Positions 1-13,869 of a stretch of DNA of 64,000 bases are shown here, in pieces. Below the pieces are notes generated by a model. The model did no database searches. It had not been told where the DNA came from and saw only the letters and a list, made by a program, of their open reading frames with translations. Made by a program: the position numbers and the translations under genes. Each line of letters begins with the position of its first letter. Within the stretch, counting starts at the first letter, position 1. This DNA comes from Octopus vulgaris. Taxonomy: Eukaryota. The DNA is taken from positions 47,058,001-47,122,000 of the forward strand of contig OX597832.1 of NCBI GenBank assembly GCA_951406725.2, read 5' to 3'.

Positions 1-290
1 CCCGGACCGGGCTGCGTGTTGTGTTCTTGAGCAAGACACTTTATTTCACGTTACTCCAGTTCACTCAGCTGTAGAAATGAGTTGCGACGTCACAGGTGCC
101 AAGCTGTATCGGCCCCTTTGCCTTTCCCTTGGATAACACTGGTGGCGTGGAGAGGGGAGGCCGGTATGCATGGGCGACTGCTGGTCTTCCATAAAAAACA
201 ACCTTGCCCAGACTTATGCCTCAGAGGGTAACTCTCTAGGTGCAAACCCATGGTCAGTGTCTGACCGAAGGGGGTCACCACCATCACCAT
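1..290 (+). mobile_element. SINE, family D head (cut by window edge) with a distinct 3' tail
   Basis: Starts inside the D-type body (ggaccggg..gttgtgttcttgagcaagacactt..cactcagctg) shared with 418, 15165, 40223, 40431 and 63147. The tail ends in short cacca repeats before (TA)n. Confidence 0.7.
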
Positions 291-417
291 ATATATATAT
301 ATATATATATATATCTAAATCTTAAAGAGATTTTCGTTCTCTGAGACACAGGCACAACATCGACTGGCGGGTACTGAAGGTGCTGGAGCCTCATATAATC
401 TGGACTGGTTCACAAGC

Positions 418-620
418 TGGAGGCGCATGGCTTAGTAGTTACGGTGCTGGAGTCATGATTATAAGATTGTGGTTTCGATTACCGGACCGGGTGACACGTT
501 GTTTTGTTAAGCAAAACACTTCACTTCACGTTGCTCCTGTCCACTCCTCTGGCGAAAATGGGAAATCCTGCAACGGACCGGCGTCCCGTCCAGATGGAGA
601 ATATATACGCCATGAAGCCA
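418..620 (+). mobile_element. tRNA-derived SINE, family D
   Basis: A-box-like tggcttagtagtt and B-box-like ggtttcgattacc. Body aligns by eye to 15165-15420 and 40223-40410. Confidence 0.75.
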
Positions 621-1163
621 GCTGGAGACGATGTTCACCTGTGGCTACATGCTACAGTAACGCCCACCCATGGTGGTTAGCCATATTGAGATGGCAAATA
701 TCCCTCACTATGGATATATCTTCTCGATAAATGTTCCTCGCGCTGAACATTCTTCACGGTGAATTGATGGCGGTGAACTTACCTTTTAAAGATGCTCTTG
801 CTACTTTTAAAGTGATTCAGCCTTCAAACTGTTGGCACACAAGAAGTGTATCTTTCTTTTGTGTGTACTTCAACTGTGAACTTCTTTCACTTTCGAAACC
901 ATCCGTTTTAAACCTGCATACCATCAAGTGCAGCTAGATATCTCCAAATATCAGTCTTAGAAGAACTATAGTAATCAGAATGCAGCGGTTTTCGGCCGTA
1001 AATTAGACCCTTAATGGGATTTTGGGGTCGTACTTTCTCAGTAGTGTGTGATAATCAATATTTTTGGTTGGGTATTTGAGCTTAGATTCAAGTGCTTCTC
1101 TATAATATAAAGACTGTCTAGATAGAGATATATGGATGGATGTATTTATACACAAACACGCAC

Positions 1164-1210
<47 letters not shown>

Positions 1211-1214
<4 letters not shown>

Positions 1215-1418
1215 CGTGATCACCGTAACCGACCAGGGTATCAGATGCGCTTCGCATTGTTTTAGCCTTCAAATGACACCACCCCGCTGGCTAAGCCCCC
1301 CGCCACGGAGCCTCGTGGAGCTTTTAGGTGTTTTCGATCAATAAACACTCACAACGCCCGCTCTGGGAATCGAAACCGCGATCCTACGACCACGAGTCCA
1401 CTGCCCTAACCGCCTCCA
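1211..1418 (-). mobile_element. tRNA-derived SINE, family C head with an alternative tail
   Basis: About 1300-1418 is the reverse complement of the 19675 head (cgcggtttcgattcccaga..aaaacacctaaaagctccacgaggctc). The tail ends in repeated (t)cacggtgat, unlike the 19675 copy. Confidence 0.75.
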
Positions 1419-2002
1419 CACACACACACACACACATATATATACCGACCACACACGCAAGCACGCACACATTTATCTTTTAATTTCACTTATTTCACTC
1501 ATTAGACTGTGGCCATTAGACTGGGGCTCCGCCAAATCTGTTAATTCAACACAAGCTATAAATTACAGAACTCAATACCCATGTGTAGAGCATTCTCTAA
1601 TGCATTATAATATAGAATGTACTTAGTCCACTAATCCTAGCTACACATTTCCGATCGTTCAGCCGGTAATCTGAGCCTCCTTTTCCTTTGAAATATCTCT
1701 CTTTCGACTATTATACGAACGTAATAAGGAAAGCGCTTATCTTTATGTTTATTTTAATGTATATATTAATATGTATAAAATCATGCACTCATGCTTAAAC
1801 AGATAGATGGAGAGAGAGCGTTTCCCCTTAGGATACTGACATGGGATTTGAAAATTCAGATTAGTTTTCCTAGACGACTGAAGAATTTAGTTTCAGGTTT
1901 TCCACTTTTTCTTGCAGACATTCACTCACCTTTCCATATGTTAGCGTATACACGAGCATACGAAAATATGTATATGGCAATTGTGCACTCATATATATAT
2001 AG

Positions 2003-2215
2003 TTAATCCAAACATGAAAACACAAAGAGAAAACAACGCGAGGACGTGGAACAAATATAGTATTATTGGACGCTCAGGAAGGAAGGGAAGGAGGAGGGTT
2101 TAACGTTTCGAGCGGAGCTCTTCGTCGGAAACCTAGGAAAAGGAAAGATCCAGAGAAGGGAAGACGGAGGGGAAAAAAATCGCCAACGGTACACACGTGG
2201 TCACATTTTGAATGC
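2003..2215 (-). mobile_element. Short Penelope-like-derived element carrying a minimal hammerhead
   Basis: Hammerhead fold at 2097-2133. Flanked by the direct repeat gtgcactc(at)nag at 1983-2002 and 2235-2256. The 3' end abuts (TA)n. Confidence 0.6.
2097..2133 (-). ncRNA. Minimal type I hammerhead ribozyme fold (Penelope type; U4C core variant)
   Basis: Minus strand reads GGUUU-CCGACGA-A-GAGC-UCC-GCUC-GAAA-CGUU^AAACC: 5-bp stem I, 4-bp stem II, and palindromic AACGUU in place of stem III. Confidence 0.65.
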
Positions 2216-3034
2216 GATATATATATATATATGAGTGCACTCATATATATATATAGCACATAGCGCCCTGAGTTGCCGTTACCCTGAGCCTGCCCTGCGC
2301 ACATAATATAGGTATAATTTTATGCTGGCTTAGCTTGAAGTCATGTAAGAAATAGAGGCTCTTCATGCTATATCTACTTCACACTTCTATATTTGTTACG
2401 ATTACCAGACACTACTGCAAAAACCAAGAGAAAAACAAACAAATATTACCCGTCCCAAATGAATTGACTATTGAACTAATAACGGCATAAACTCAAGAAA
2501 ATGCACAGACACAAGTATCCTGTACGTACGTGTATACAATTGCACAAACGGGTATCATGAGAAAAGTATATAGAGAATTACAGTGATAATAAATATTAAG
2601 AAAAAAACCTACTGAAATAGACTGAAATAGATTGAAATTAGTAAAAGTTGAAACTAAAGTGTTGAGGGTCTTAGGAGAGCTAATCTGAATTTCCGCTACC
2701 ATATTGGTATACAAAGGGGAGTTGTCTCTACAGCTATGTGTCGAAGTATTTATGTATGTTTTTTTTAATATATACATAGCTGCTTCTCTCTCTCTCTCTC
2801 ACTCTCTCTCTATATATATATGTGTGTGTGAGAGAGAGAGAGAGAGAGGTTTTGTGTGTGTTTGTGAGTGTGTGTGTATTTGTGTGTTGTGTGTGTGTAA
2901 TTATGTTGGTAGTTAAATATGTAGGTGTATCCACATATATTCGCAAATTCTGACACATATATATGCTTATATATATAATTTATATGCAAACACTCACACA
3001 CACTCACAAACACACACACATACACACACACACA

Positions 3035-3069
<35 letters not shown>

Positions 3070-3279
3070 TATGTAAGCATACATACATGTCCATTTATAC
3101 ATATGTTTGAAAATATATAAGTATATCTATCTATATATATTGCCTGTATCTGTCTCTCCCCTCTATACCCCCTCTCTCTCCCTCCTCCTATCCCCATTCT
3201 CTCTCGCCTCTCCTGTCTCTGTCGTTTCCCTCTCACTGTTTGTCCTCCCCCCATCTCTCTCTACATATATATATATATA

Positions 3280-3337
<58 letters not shown>

Positions 3338-4148
3338 CATATACATGCAAACGTGCACACATACACAGACACATATAATGGGTAACAGTGAAAGTGTGAG
3401 GGACATAACAATGCCTAGAAAGATTAAGAAAGTGTTGAATCAAGTACATAAATAGATAAATAAATGAACAACGGAGTACATAATAGCTATATATATATAT
3501 ATATATATAAGCGGTTGGAGAGGTGGCTAATTCGTGTCTGCAGCATTAAACACACGCGAGTTTGCATAACACAATATTTAACACTGTAAGAAAATTAAAA
3601 AAGAAAAAAAATATTAAAAAAAAAAACAAGTAAATCTTAAACGAAGAAGATAGCAGAAACAAACAAAAAATATAGAATCTAAAAAGTAAAACCTGCGAAA
3701 ATATGACGTAATGAATATTTAAATTTGTTTGCCAGTTTATCTAATCAAATGTTGTAAGATAGTACTTAGCCATTCTTATACGCTTGTCTACATTTCTTTT
3801 TGACTATTTGTCTTCTAGCATTTTCTTTTATATTATTTGTTTGTTCGTTTGCTTGTGCGTGTGTTTGTAAGAAACTGCAAAACAAATTTATAAATAACCA
3901 AAAATCTAATCATTCTTTTGATAAAAATTCAACTGGGGAATTGTTTGCTAAAATTTGGAAAAATATTCTAAAATTGTACGCGGAACATATGGGAATATAG
4001 CAGACGTTAAAGCATAGTTATGATGACTGACAAATTTGTTTCATATTAATAATATTAGATTCGAGAAGGAGTGTAGGGGATTGGCCGAAGAGGCTAGCAC
4101 ACCAAAGATAACAAGATAACTATATATATACATACCTAGATACATATG

Positions 4149-4509
<361 letters not shown>

Positions 4510-4899
4510 TTTTAGAATAATAAATTTGCACTCTGCAATAATATAGATTAACCTTTCAGATTAATGTAAAATTGTTTTTCATGACTGAAGATAAAAAAAA
4601 CAAACAAACATTAATATACACACACATACCTACGCACACACACACATATCTATACAGACTCGCAGACACACATACACACACGCGCATGTATATGTCTGTA
4701 CGTATGTATGTACGTATGTGTGTGTGTTTATATATATACCGTATGGTATTAATTTATTGCGATACTTTCGTTCGAAACGTTCGGCGTTCGAATCCTGCTG
4801 AGTCGAATCGACTTTTAATTTCTTTGGCCCGAAGGCCAATAATGTATCACACAAGTACAGGATTCGATTTTACTGAGTTTATCCTTCAACTACACTTAA

Positions 4900-5016
4900 A
4901 CCTTTAAGCCCGTTACACCGGTTTACCGGAGGATGCCATATTTTCTCTATACCGTAGCACCGGTGGAGTGCCAAGTATATGGTCGAATAAGGTCCAGGAG
5001 GTCAGGGCTCAAAGGG
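4900..5016. mobile_element. piggyBac-type MITE (117 bp)
   Basis: TTAA at 4896-4899 and 5017-5020. Ends acctttaagccc and gggctcaaaggg are inverted repeats matching at 10/12. Confidence 0.65.
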
Positions 5017-5044
5017 TTAAGCCCTTTCACTTTGAAAGAAGTAA

Positions 5045-5880
5045 TCCTTTTCCTATATAGGCACAAAGACATATATTTTGGTGGAAAATTCTATTAGTCA
5101 TTTAAATCCTTCCCAGTACTTGGTTACTATATTATTTTTATTATAGTGAACCCCGGATCAATAAAATGCAAAATTGATCTTGGTGAGACTGGAACCCAGA
5201 CCATAGATATCCGGAAGAAATACCTCGTGACATTTAGTTCAACGTTTTAACGATTTTACCATTTCACTGCCTTTAGGAAATCAATAACAGAAAGACGATG
5301 GGGATGGGCTGGTGGAATCGGTAGAGCGGCTTAATCGTGTTTAGTTACCTTTTTATGTTCTGAGTTCAAATTCTGACCGATATGGGATTTGAACGTCGAA
5401 CATAAATTTCCGAAGTCGATAAAATCAGTATTAATCACGTACTAGGTCGATGTAATCGATTTCAACACTCATCCCATTCCTATTTTCAGAATGTATGGTC
5501 TTTCGTCTCTGTTGAACATCAATATCAGATTAAAAATAACAAAAAAAAAGGAGTCATTGAACGAATCGATCGCGCGGCGAACAAAATGCCTCATTAAGTC
5601 TTTTTTACGTTATATGTTCAAATCCCACAGGGGTCTTTTTCGTGTTTTATTATCGTGGAGTCACTATAAGACGCCGAGTTAGCAGAACCATTTGCATGCC
5701 GGAAAAGTGTCTAGTGGCATTTCGCCCGTCTTTTCGTTCTGAGTTCAGATTCCGCCGAGGTTGAATGTTGCTTTTTATCCTTTCAGGATCAATAAAAATA
5801 AGCCCTAATCAAGTTTTTGTAACTGACTATACTCCTCCACGAAAATTTCAGGCCCTATGACTTTAGTAGAAAGACTATTG
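5045..5880. mobile_element. Cluster of three old, diverged family A-related SINEs (about 5045-5270 minus; 5305-5520 and 5672-5880 plus)
   Basis: Residual gttctgagttca(a/g)att B-box region, gtcgataaaa..agta core and agtagaaag tail. Confidence 0.55.
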
Positions 5881-6643
5881 TAAGCTCGCTACATTGAGCA
5901 CCTGTGTGTCAGAGAATGGGTTGATACTGTCTATGCTCTTATCCCCATGGCTTGATGTTTTATATTTTCAAATAAAAAAATGTATTACCTGAGAAATACC
6001 TAGCAGCTCAGAAGTTGCAGTAAGATTGTGGATTATATCTGCATCCGTTACCCCCGTTCCTGCTTGAAACTATATAACCATTTTGCTTTGAGTATGTCGT
6101 TAGCTGTGATTTCGGGAAAACATGGCTGTTATAATGTTCTGTATATTTTTGTGGTTAAATCGCTTTTTATTCTTTTGACTCCGTCGAGTGCTGTACATCC
6201 ATCTGTCTTGCGCAGTCTCAGAAGTTTCTGATTTTTTTTTCCTAAGAGAAAACTTTGCTAGCTCCACGTTCAACGTTTCTTCATTTCTGAAGATTGACTC
6301 CTTGTCAGTGATTTCTCACAACCCTTCTCACTCACTCTGTGCAAACGCGACTGATTCCGGTAGAGAAAGCGGGACCGACAGAGAGAAGGAAAGAGACAGA
6401 GAGACAGAGATAGACAGAGATAAAGTTAAAGAGAAAATCAGGAAGATAGCTAAAAGATAGGCAGAGAGGGAGAGAAAAGAGGAAGGAAACGAGAGGCTAG
6501 AAGGAAGGAAGAGAGAGAGGGGGAGAGAAGGATCACTAATAATTGATTTATATTATATTTACCGACACCGAAGTAATGAAGTCAAAGTTGTCTTCGACAA
6601 GATCTCACCTCAGACTGAAAATAGCCGCAGCTTAATCGTAAGG

Positions 6644-6906
6644 TATTTGTTTCATAGTTTACAGAATCATTTGGGGGACATAATTTTCGCAAGCCAGGAG
6701 AAGGTCGAAACCGACGTTTCAGAGTTCTTCGCTTTGAAACCAAAATAGTTTTACTTTGATGGGATTAAAATGCTTGTAAATAGATGGAAGGAAGTCATAG
6801 ATAATCAGGGAAAGTACATTGATGATTAAATTTCAATTAAATATAATATTTTATCACTTGCTTTCCTTATTCAAAATTCGGACAGAACTTATGGGATAAT
6901 CTGTTA
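6644..6906 (+). pseudogene. mariner transposase C-terminal relic plus probable right TIR
   Basis: 6644-6829 translates YLFHSLQNHLGDIIFASQEKVETDVSEFFALKPK*FYFDGIKMLVNRWKEVIDNQGKYIDD*. This matches the mariner C-terminus pattern (LF.SLQN.L...FF......FY..GI..L..RW..VI...G.YI). It has one internal stop and is followed by a TIR-like cggacagaacttatgggataatctgtta. Confidence 0.85.
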
Positions 6907-6924
6907 ATTCGATTTGCAATCACG

Positions 6925-7255
6925 TAGTTTTGGGCTCGGCTTGAACAAGAGTCTTTACTATAAATCTGGGTTGACCAATATCCTGTAAGTGAATTTGGTT
7001 GACAGAAACTGCGTGAAAGACTGTCGTATGTGTATGTTTGATTTTGTGTCTGTATTTGCTCCCCCCCACACCACTTGACAACCGGTGATGGTTTATTTAT
7101 GCTGTAACTTAGCAGTTCTACAAAAGAGATCGGTTGAACAGTACCAGACTTTACAAGAGAAACGTAAGTACTCGGGTCGAATTGCGCTACTAAACCCTTC
7201 AAGGCGGTGCTCCAGCATGTCTGCTGTCCAATGAATGAAAGAAGTAGAAAGTAAA
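6925..7255 (+). mobile_element. Old diverged family B SINE
   Basis: Retains tttggttgacagaaactg, cttgacaaccgg, gtaacttagc and ggcggtgctccagcatg, as in younger B copies. Confidence 0.7.
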
Positions 7256-8221
7256 AGAAAAAACAAAGGTAATATTTAGCTGTAGCAGAAGATTGCCATC
7301 TTTAAAGCACTGACAGTTTTTAGTCTAATCAATCTTGATCTTGATTTTAAATCGGAACCCGACCCCCATCCCGCATCCTTCGAAATCACTAAGATATGAA
7401 TTGACAGCAAAACATTCATTACAGGTAAACTTGGTTTATCAAAAATGAATAGCTTGTTTGAAACTCTGCCGTGTTAAATCAAAACGTAATATAGACAAGG
7501 TAGTTTGGAAGAGAGAGAGAGAATATCTGGTTTTTAAATATGTAACGTCATGTAACAAAAGTATTCCTCTGTGAGTCGGTGCTAATTAAATATTTAATTA
7601 GTTTAGCTAATATTCTGATTTCTGTTTAACTGAAAATGCAATCTGGTTAGTTTTACGAGGAAAAATAATTAACTTTTGGAACGGAGTTTTTATTCTCTGA
7701 GGGGAAAAACAAAAAAGTGATGTGTTTTTAAAAAAGAAAAAGAAACCCAGTTTACGTATGTCATAGAGTTAAACTAGCCACTGGATGAAGCCTCTAAGTA
7801 ATCGCTCAATCTGCTAGAAACAACTGCTAAATTTTCCTCAAATCACATTCGAGCAACTTTAAACTGGGCGGTTACTTTGAGAATTGTGCCAATGTAGTCC
7901 GTGACACAATATTTGAATAAAAAAGAGACGTGACAAAAAGTGAGGACTTAGAGGCTCTCATCTCTGTCCGTTGTTAATGACGTTATTTTAATTATCACAG
8001 TAAAAGCGGTGCGCTGGCAGAATTGGGCCTTGTGTTCTGAGTTCAAATGCTGCCGAGGCCGATCTTGTCTTTCATTCTTTCCGGCCCGAGGAAATAGAAA
8101 CCAGTTACGCTCTCAGATCGATCTAATTGACTTATCTCTTTCCTCCGAAATTTCAGGCATAATCAATCCAGTTACCCGTCGGTGCATCTCAAGAATGGCA
8201 CTGACTACCTCGGCATTGGAT

Positions 8222-8322
8222 GCGTCCGACACCATGACAGTGATGTAGCCCAACATGAGAGCGATTTAGTCCGACATGATTGAAATATAGTCCGCCATGA
8301 GAGTGAAGAAGTCCGCCATGAC
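8222..8322. repeat. 21-bp-period degenerate repeat with conserved agtccg(a/c)catga core
   Basis: Units start at 8246, 8267, 8288 and 8309, with a more degenerate unit at about 8222. Confidence 0.7.
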
Positions 8323-8393
8323 AATTTTGTTTGCAATATGGTGTGGAATATTCCTTAAAGTTTCCATCCTCTCAGCAAATCTTCCAACAACTT

Positions 8394-8623
8394 ATTTCTT
8401 TACTGCCCACAAGGGGCTAAACACAGAGGGGACAAACAAGGACAGACAAACGGATTAAGTCGATTACATCGACCCCAGTGCGTAACTGGTACTTAATTTA
8501 TCGACCCCAAAAGGATGAAAGGCAAAGTCGACCTCGGTGGAATTTGAACTCAGAACGTAGCGGCAGACGAAATACCGCTAAGCATTTCGCCCGGCGCGCT
8601 AACGTTTCTGCCAGCTCGCCGCC
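8394..8623 (-). mobile_element. tRNA-derived SINE, family A (young, full length)
   Basis: Reverse complement of ggcggcgagctggcagaaacgttagc..gagttcaaattc..gcctttcatcctt..ggggtcgataaattaagtaccag..ccccttgtggg. Imperfect 16-bp TSD aatcttccaa..actt at 8378-8393 and 8624-8639. Confidence 0.9.
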
Positions 8624-9151
8624 AATCTTCCAAAGACTTGACACACAAATTAGATGTGATGTGCATCTTTTATGCACTGTACAATACGGTTCCAGTAGTC
8701 AAAAACGATCATTTTTATTTGTATCGACAATATATTTTTATTAAGGACAACCAAGAAAAGATCTGCATCAAAGAGGCAGAACCAACTTCAGAACTGATAA
8801 GATACATCTATAAGAAATGGAAAAAATATATATATCCAGATTTAAAGGTTCGAAAATAGTGATAACTAAAACACAAAAGGAATGTTTATAATTATAGGCG
8901 TCTTGGGAATAATTAAAAATTAATGCAAATACAAATAAATATATAGGCAAAAAAGTCCCAACACTTGAAATGTGCACAATACACAGAAAATATAAACTGT
9001 TGTAGATATGCTGCATAGAGTGCTTTGAATGCATCAGAAGTTTTATGAGCGAAAGCATAATATTAGGATGCATACCCAAAGAATAGCATCTGCTGTCTGT
9101 TGTGCAGTGGAAGTAATGCAATAAAGGTGGGAACAGTAAAGAATATACGAT

Positions 9152-9162
9152 GTAGATGATAA

Positions 9163-9196
<34 letters not shown>

Positions 9197-9207
9197 GGTG
9201 GTGGTGA

Positions 9208-9239
<32 letters not shown>

Positions 9240-9830
9240 ATGGTGATGATGGTGGTGATGATGATGATGATGATGATGATGGTGATGGTGATGGTGATGA
9301 TGGTGATGATTATGTAGAGGGGGAGGACGTTTGTGATGGTGGTGGTAGTGGTGGAGGTGATGAAGGTAGTAGTAGTGGTGATGGCGATGAAGATGGTGTC
9401 GCTGATGATGATGATGATGATGATGACGACAATGATGACGATGATGATAACGATGACAATGATGACAATGTTGATGACGATGATCATGATCATGATCATA
9501 ATGACGATGATGAGGTTGATGACGACGATGATGATGATGATGACGATAGGATAAGGATGATGTTTGTGGTGGTGATGGTGCTGGTAGTGCTGGTGGTGCT
9601 AGTGGTGATGAGGATAATGTCCATGATGATGATGATGACGACGATGACAACGACGACGACGGCAACGAAGAGGATGATGCAGATGATGGTGGTGGTGATG
9701 ATAACGACGATGGCTGCGGCGGCGGTGGTGGTGTTGGTGTTGGTGCAGGAGACTTTTGTTGCTGATTGGTAGTGGCGATGATGGTGCCCCTGCATGTGAT
9801 GATGATGAGGAGGAGGAGGAGGAGGAGGAG
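9152..9830. repeat. Long cryptic trinucleotide mosaic (GAT/GGT/GAC/GAG)
   Basis: Directly visible. It is the source of the poly-His/Ile/Thr pseudo-ORFs. Confidence 0.9.
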
Positions 9831-10251
9831 GTTGGGGTGGGAGAGTGAAAGGAAAGATGAGAAGGTCGAGGGAAAGGGAGAGGGTAAGGAGAAATAAGGA
9901 TATAAAAAACACTTTTTTTTATGCAGAGAGATATTATCTTCGAAGCAGGCAAGTTTTGATTGTATGACCTGATGTCACAGATGAATAACCAGATTTTTGC
10001 CTCCGCTTTTCCATGAAATGTTATTATAGATGGTGCGTGACGTGTGGGAAATAAAGTAAGGATGGCTTGTCAAAGAGTATAACTAACAATGTATCCTCTT
10101 TTCTCTCTTTTTTTTCATTTTTTTGTCTTTTGATTAAACTGTTATCACTACCTGAAGGCACTCTTCATAGCGGCTGCCTTTTATCAAACGATGCATATCG
10201 ATATTGCATGCCTCTGTATATATAAACATCTTTTCTTTTATGTATGTATGC

Positions 10252-10303
<52 letters not shown>

Positions 10304-10381
10304 ATGTGTGTTACGTATATATTATATATACATAAATATGTATATATGTAAATGTATATATATATATGTATATATGTAGAT

Positions 10382-10462
<81 letters not shown>

Positions 10463-10671
10463 ATGTATGTATATATATATATACGACACACAGTCATAGT
10501 GAAAAAGGATGTTATCTGAATGGCGGCATACAGTTTTCACATATATTTTATTTCATTGTGAGCATAAAATCGAAATATCCATGTTTGAATATGTGAATCT
10601 ATTTCGTTTATCTGTTCAACTGACAGGGAATATTATGGGTTAATTTATAATTTCTATGTATATTTATTTTG

Positions 10672-10709
<38 letters not shown>

Positions 10710-10987
10710 TCTTCTTTATCTGTTTGGTAATGTCATCTTGAATCTAGGTTAAAACAAAACAAGGATAAGATAAAATAAAATAAAATAAAATAAAATATAG
10801 GATATAAATGAAAGCTAGAAAAAAAAACACACAAGAAAAATATGATTCATACCGTATTTCCTAAATCACATGCATCCATTAGTTAAGTGGAGTAAGGTCC
10901 TACATGCAGAATGACTATTGATCCTAAACCCAATTCTCAAAGCAGCAGCAGATGGTTGACGTTGTGTTATATACTACGACACCTACA

Positions 10988-11084
<97 letters not shown>

Positions 11085-11286
11085 TTGCTGCTGCTGCCGC
11101 TGCTACTAGTGTTGAAGCTGTCACAAATTATACACCTCTGTGCGGCCCTGGGCAGGTTTTTTCAGAAGGCTACCATTCACATACACACACACACACACAC
11201 ACTCACACACACACACACACACATGCACACATATACACAAACATTGACACATTTTCTGTATGCATTTATTTATCTATGCATGTATG

Positions 11287-11337
<51 letters not shown>

Positions 11338-11414
11338 ATACATACATATTTATATTCATGTATATATGTATATATACATATACATGTACATATATATATA
11401 TACATATATACATA

Positions 11415-11465
<51 letters not shown>

Positions 11466-11474
11466 GAACACACA

Positions 11475-11511
<37 letters not shown>

Positions 11512-13869
11512 TCAAAAGTTTGGAAGCCTGCAGCTCCTTCTCACCTTCTCACCCTTAGTTTATATCCCTTTCTCTTTCATTCTCCCACCATTTCTTTTCG
11601 CTCCCTCCCTCTATCTCTCTCTTTCTCCCTCTCTCTCACTCTCTCTTTATTTCTGTTTCCCTCTATATGAGAATGTGTTGTCTCATTTTTTTTTTTTTTG
11701 TTTACTGATATTACTTCTTGGATTTCGATCATCCCGAGTGCCGCTGTTAGAGGATTTATTTTATCTTCCTTTGACACTTTGCTTGTTTTTCTTTTTATTT
11801 TCTGTGCCATTTAATGAATCATACACCAAACCGCGATCACGATTTCATTCCACGTCTTCGAATATTAGCAAATAATCACTCAATCTGCAACACTTCGCAG
11901 CCTAACCTTTACCACTTCTTAAATTATTTCTACATCTACAATCCCTTTACAGCAAAGATGTGCTGCACAGCCAAACTCACACACCACAGTGTAACACGAT
12001 TTTTGTCCTTGTGTAGCAACTGTTATTTCCTATTGGCTTACCCCTAGAAAGCATGACATAAAGCTAATACTTCCTTCAAACCTTCCTTTTGTTACATGTT
12101 TTCATATCCCAAAGTATTCCTCTCAACACATGGTTGTGATGCACCCTCACTACACCTATTTATGATCAGAGATGCACATATTGTCAGCCACTAAGGGACT
12201 TGCTCAAGTGGTGAGGTGAGGGTCAAGCTACTGACAGGCAAATCTGTGGTATTTAGCAGAATATTTGCTATAATGATATTTCTGCTACAGCCACTCAATG
12301 CTGAATCTGTCTGAAATGTAATGGAAAATCGGTCAGCATTGATGTCCGGGTCACACAAGGAAAATTTGAAGAAAATAATGATAATTTCTTTTGATTTCTA
12401 GCTAAAAGCAAATAGGAAATAACAATTCATGACCAACGACAAAAAAAAACATGGAAACATTTGTTAAACAGTGTAATAGCATACATTAATCAATCAACAG
12501 AGAATTCAACACCGTTTTCCAAGAGTGCTTGAAACAATACGCAACGTGTTATTCAAACATTCAAATGCCTTACATTGCAGCAATCTGCCAAATGTTTTCA
12601 GTTTTTTTTTATTCTTCGTTTGTTAAATATATTACACTTTTGGTTTCTTTTGCATATTTTTCCTGAAAGGATTTTTTTGCTGTTTATATTTTTGCATTTT
12701 ATATTCCAGTGGGCAGCTATATTTAACCTACCCGCCTTCATATGTACAATATTCTCTGCTGACTAAAGACCGCCGCACTAATGACTCTACAGCATAATAC
12801 ATATATGTATTTATCCCTATATCTATCTATCTCTATATGTGTGTAGAGAAATACATATGTATGTATATATGTATTTTGATTATAATCACCCCATGGATTT
12901 ATATGGATAACACCATACAAAATTCTGGTGCATCTAACTTAAGTACCATATTCATTTGAATCTAAATTTTGCTGAACTTATATATATATATATATATATA
13001 TATATTTAATTGTATATATATGTGTATATATGAATATATGTATGAATGTTTCCATGTATGCATACATGCATGCATGTATGTATGTATGCATGTATGTATA
13101 TATTATGTATTTATGTATGTATGTATGTATGATTGTATGTATGTATGTATGCATGTGTGCATGCATGTATGCATGTATGCATGCATGTATGCATGTATGC
13201 ATGTATGTATGTATGTATGTATGAATGTATGTATGTATGTATGTATTTATGTATGTATGCATGTATGCAAAGCTTACTGAGTAAATTCTCCTTGAATTGA
13301 GGTTAAATACATTCGGTAATACTTGCCCTGTATTGTGTACTGGTGTATGTATGCGTATGCCATTGTGTATACGTGCATTAATGAGTTTAGATGTGAGTAT
13401 GTGGATGTATGTGAATAACTATTAGTGCGTGTCTGACAGCATGTGTCTGTGCGAATAACTGCGTGTATATGTATATTTGTATGATTACGTGTGCATTTCT
13501 AAGTATTTGTGTGTATATGTAAGTGTGTGTTAGCAAGAATGAGAGAAAGAGAGAGAGATGTGTGTGTTGAAGTGAAATCCTGGAAACAGATTAAAGAATG
13601 AATTAACAGATGCGTGTATAAAAAATAAGAAATCTTTTTTTAAGTTTTCCGAATGGTGTATCATTAACAAGAATGGAAAGCTAAAAGAAAAGGAAAACAA
13701 AAAACGGCTTCGAATTACTTAAACTCTAAGAGTAAACAAACATTATTCAACCGAGTTACGGGTAGCGAGACGTATTCGTGTGTTATACCTTCGGCGGAAC
13801 TACGGCACTAAGTAGTAGATAGATAAATAAACAAAAGTGACTAATATATGACAATAAATGATAATTCTT

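Noticed and set aside
630-1110. Unique sequence with short ORFs
   Set aside because: Hand translation of part of the minus strand and the listed plus ORFs gave no recognisable motif.
8222-8322. CRISPR-like repeat-spacer appearance
   Set aside because: Repeat (about 13 bp) and spacers (8 bp) are far too short, the context is eukaryotic, and no cas genes are present.
8768-9952. Long poly-His/Ile/Thr/Met ORFs (e.g. 9063-9665, 8768-9499)
   Set aside because: They are translations of a GAT/GGT trinucleotide mosaic that is open in several frames on both strands, with no domain content.
10911-11875. 215-aa and 307-aa ORFs
   Set aside because: Made of (TAC), (TAA), (CA), (TA) and (CT) microsatellites.
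12100-12290. Segment that feels like a dispersed DNA-transposon-derived repeat
   Set aside because: No second copy, TIR or TSD is visible in this window, so it cannot be supported.
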